From the NCBI GenBank assembly GCA_947491025.1, contig CANLIC010000002.1:197123-261122 (forward strand): a stretch of DNA of 64,000 bases. The letters are read 5' to 3'. The position numbers and the translations under genes are program-made. Below, in pieces: positions 63,422 through 64,000 of this stretch. The DNA comes from Myxococcales bacterium. GTDB lineage: Bacteria; Myxococcota_A; UBA9042. Numbering within the stretch: position 1 is the first letter of the stretch; every line of letters begins with the position of its first letter. The notes under the pieces are model-generated. The model made no database searches. It was not told the origin of the DNA and saw nothing but the letters and a program-made list of their open reading frames with translations.

Positions 63422-64000
63422 TCAGTCCGGCAGGCGCCAGTCGATCGCGGCCGAACCGTGCGCGACGAGGTAGGCGTTGGCGCGGGAGAAGTGCCGGCAG
63501 CCGAGAAAACCGGCGTGCGCCGAGAGCGGGGAGGGGTGCGGCGCCGTAAGCAGCAGGTGCCGTTTGCCGTCGAGGAACGCCGCCTTGCGCTGGGCGTGCC
63601 GACCCCAGAGCAGAAAGACCAGGCCATCGCGCTCGCGATCGAGGGCTTGCAGCACCGCGTCGGTGAAGGGCTGCCACCCCTTGTCGGCGTGGCTGCCGGC
63701 CTGACCGGCGCGGACCGTCAGCGAGGCGTTGAGCAGCAGCACGCCCTGGCGCGCCCAGGCGCTGAGGTCGCCATGGCGTGGCCGCGGCAGGCCGAGATCG
63801 CTCTGCAGCTCGCGGAAGATGTTGGCGAGCGAAGGCGGCACCTCGACGCCGCGCCGCACCGAAAACGACAGGCCATGTGCCTGCCCTGGGCCGTGATAGG
63901 GGTCCTGGCCGAGCAGGACGACGCGCACCTGCTCGAATGGCGTGGAGTCGAGGGCGGCGAAGATCTCGGCGGCAGGTGGGTAGACGGCCTGGCCAAGCTC
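63422..64000 (-). CDS. ung: Uracil-DNA glycosylase (family 1 UNG); its N-terminus continues beyond the window edge.
   Basis: '[22 protein letters not shown]' is the UNG water-activating loop. The in-frame upstream translation '...[20 protein letters not shown]' matches the UNG 'VYPP...F.AF....F' region, so the track's listed GTG start at 63928 is internal. Confidence 0.9.
   Translation of the reverse strand, partial: ELGQAVYPPAAEIFAALDSTPFEQVRVVLLGQDPYHGPGQAHGLSFSVRRGVEVPPSLANIFRELQSDLGLPRPRHGDLSAWARQGVLLLNASLTVRAGQAGSHADKGWQPFTDAVLQALDRERDGLVFLLWGRHAQRKAAFLDGKRHLLLTAPHPSPLSAHAGFLGCRHFSRANAYLVAHGSAAIDWRLPD

Overview
This is a roughly 70% GC chromosomal segment that looks myxobacterial: it carries a MYXO-CTERM-like sorting tail, 'Myxococcus cysteine-rich repeat' modules, and several Ser/Thr kinases with beta-propellers. 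Most of the window is core metabolism and information processing: gyrB; a TCA operon mdh-sdhC-sdhA-sdhB-yaeQ-M20 peptidase; tRNA-Val-infC-rpmI-rplT-ihfA-MerR; class I fumarase; a three-subunit xanthine-dehydrogenase-family molybdoenzyme; a GMC oxidoreductase; and ung. Between these lie signalling and accessory modules: two eukaryotic-like Ser/Thr kinases with C-terminal beta-propellers, an FHA-GAF histidine kinase coupled to an NAD kinase, an FHA plus OmpR-type winged-helix regulator, a MoxR-DUF58 operon with unusual upstream partners, an MlaF/MCE pair without a permease, and secreted Cys-rich proteins. The most unusual element is a compact insertion at 46.0-51.0 kb between the molybdoenzyme cluster and the fumarase. 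It encodes an acidic-tailed 319-aa protein with tandem winged-helix-like segments, followed after a 23-nt gap by a 946-aa MukB/MksB-like SMC-family ATPase. No kleisin, second KITE protein or nuclease is present. A signal-less protein combining a peptidoglycan-binding domain with a Tae4-like amidase follows. A further curiosity is an 840-bp divergent non-coding region upstream of gyrB containing a G-tract and seven 11-bp tandem repeats. Because of the high GC content the ORF track is full of long antisense and alternate-frame ORFs; these were rejected when they overlapped a better-supported gene.
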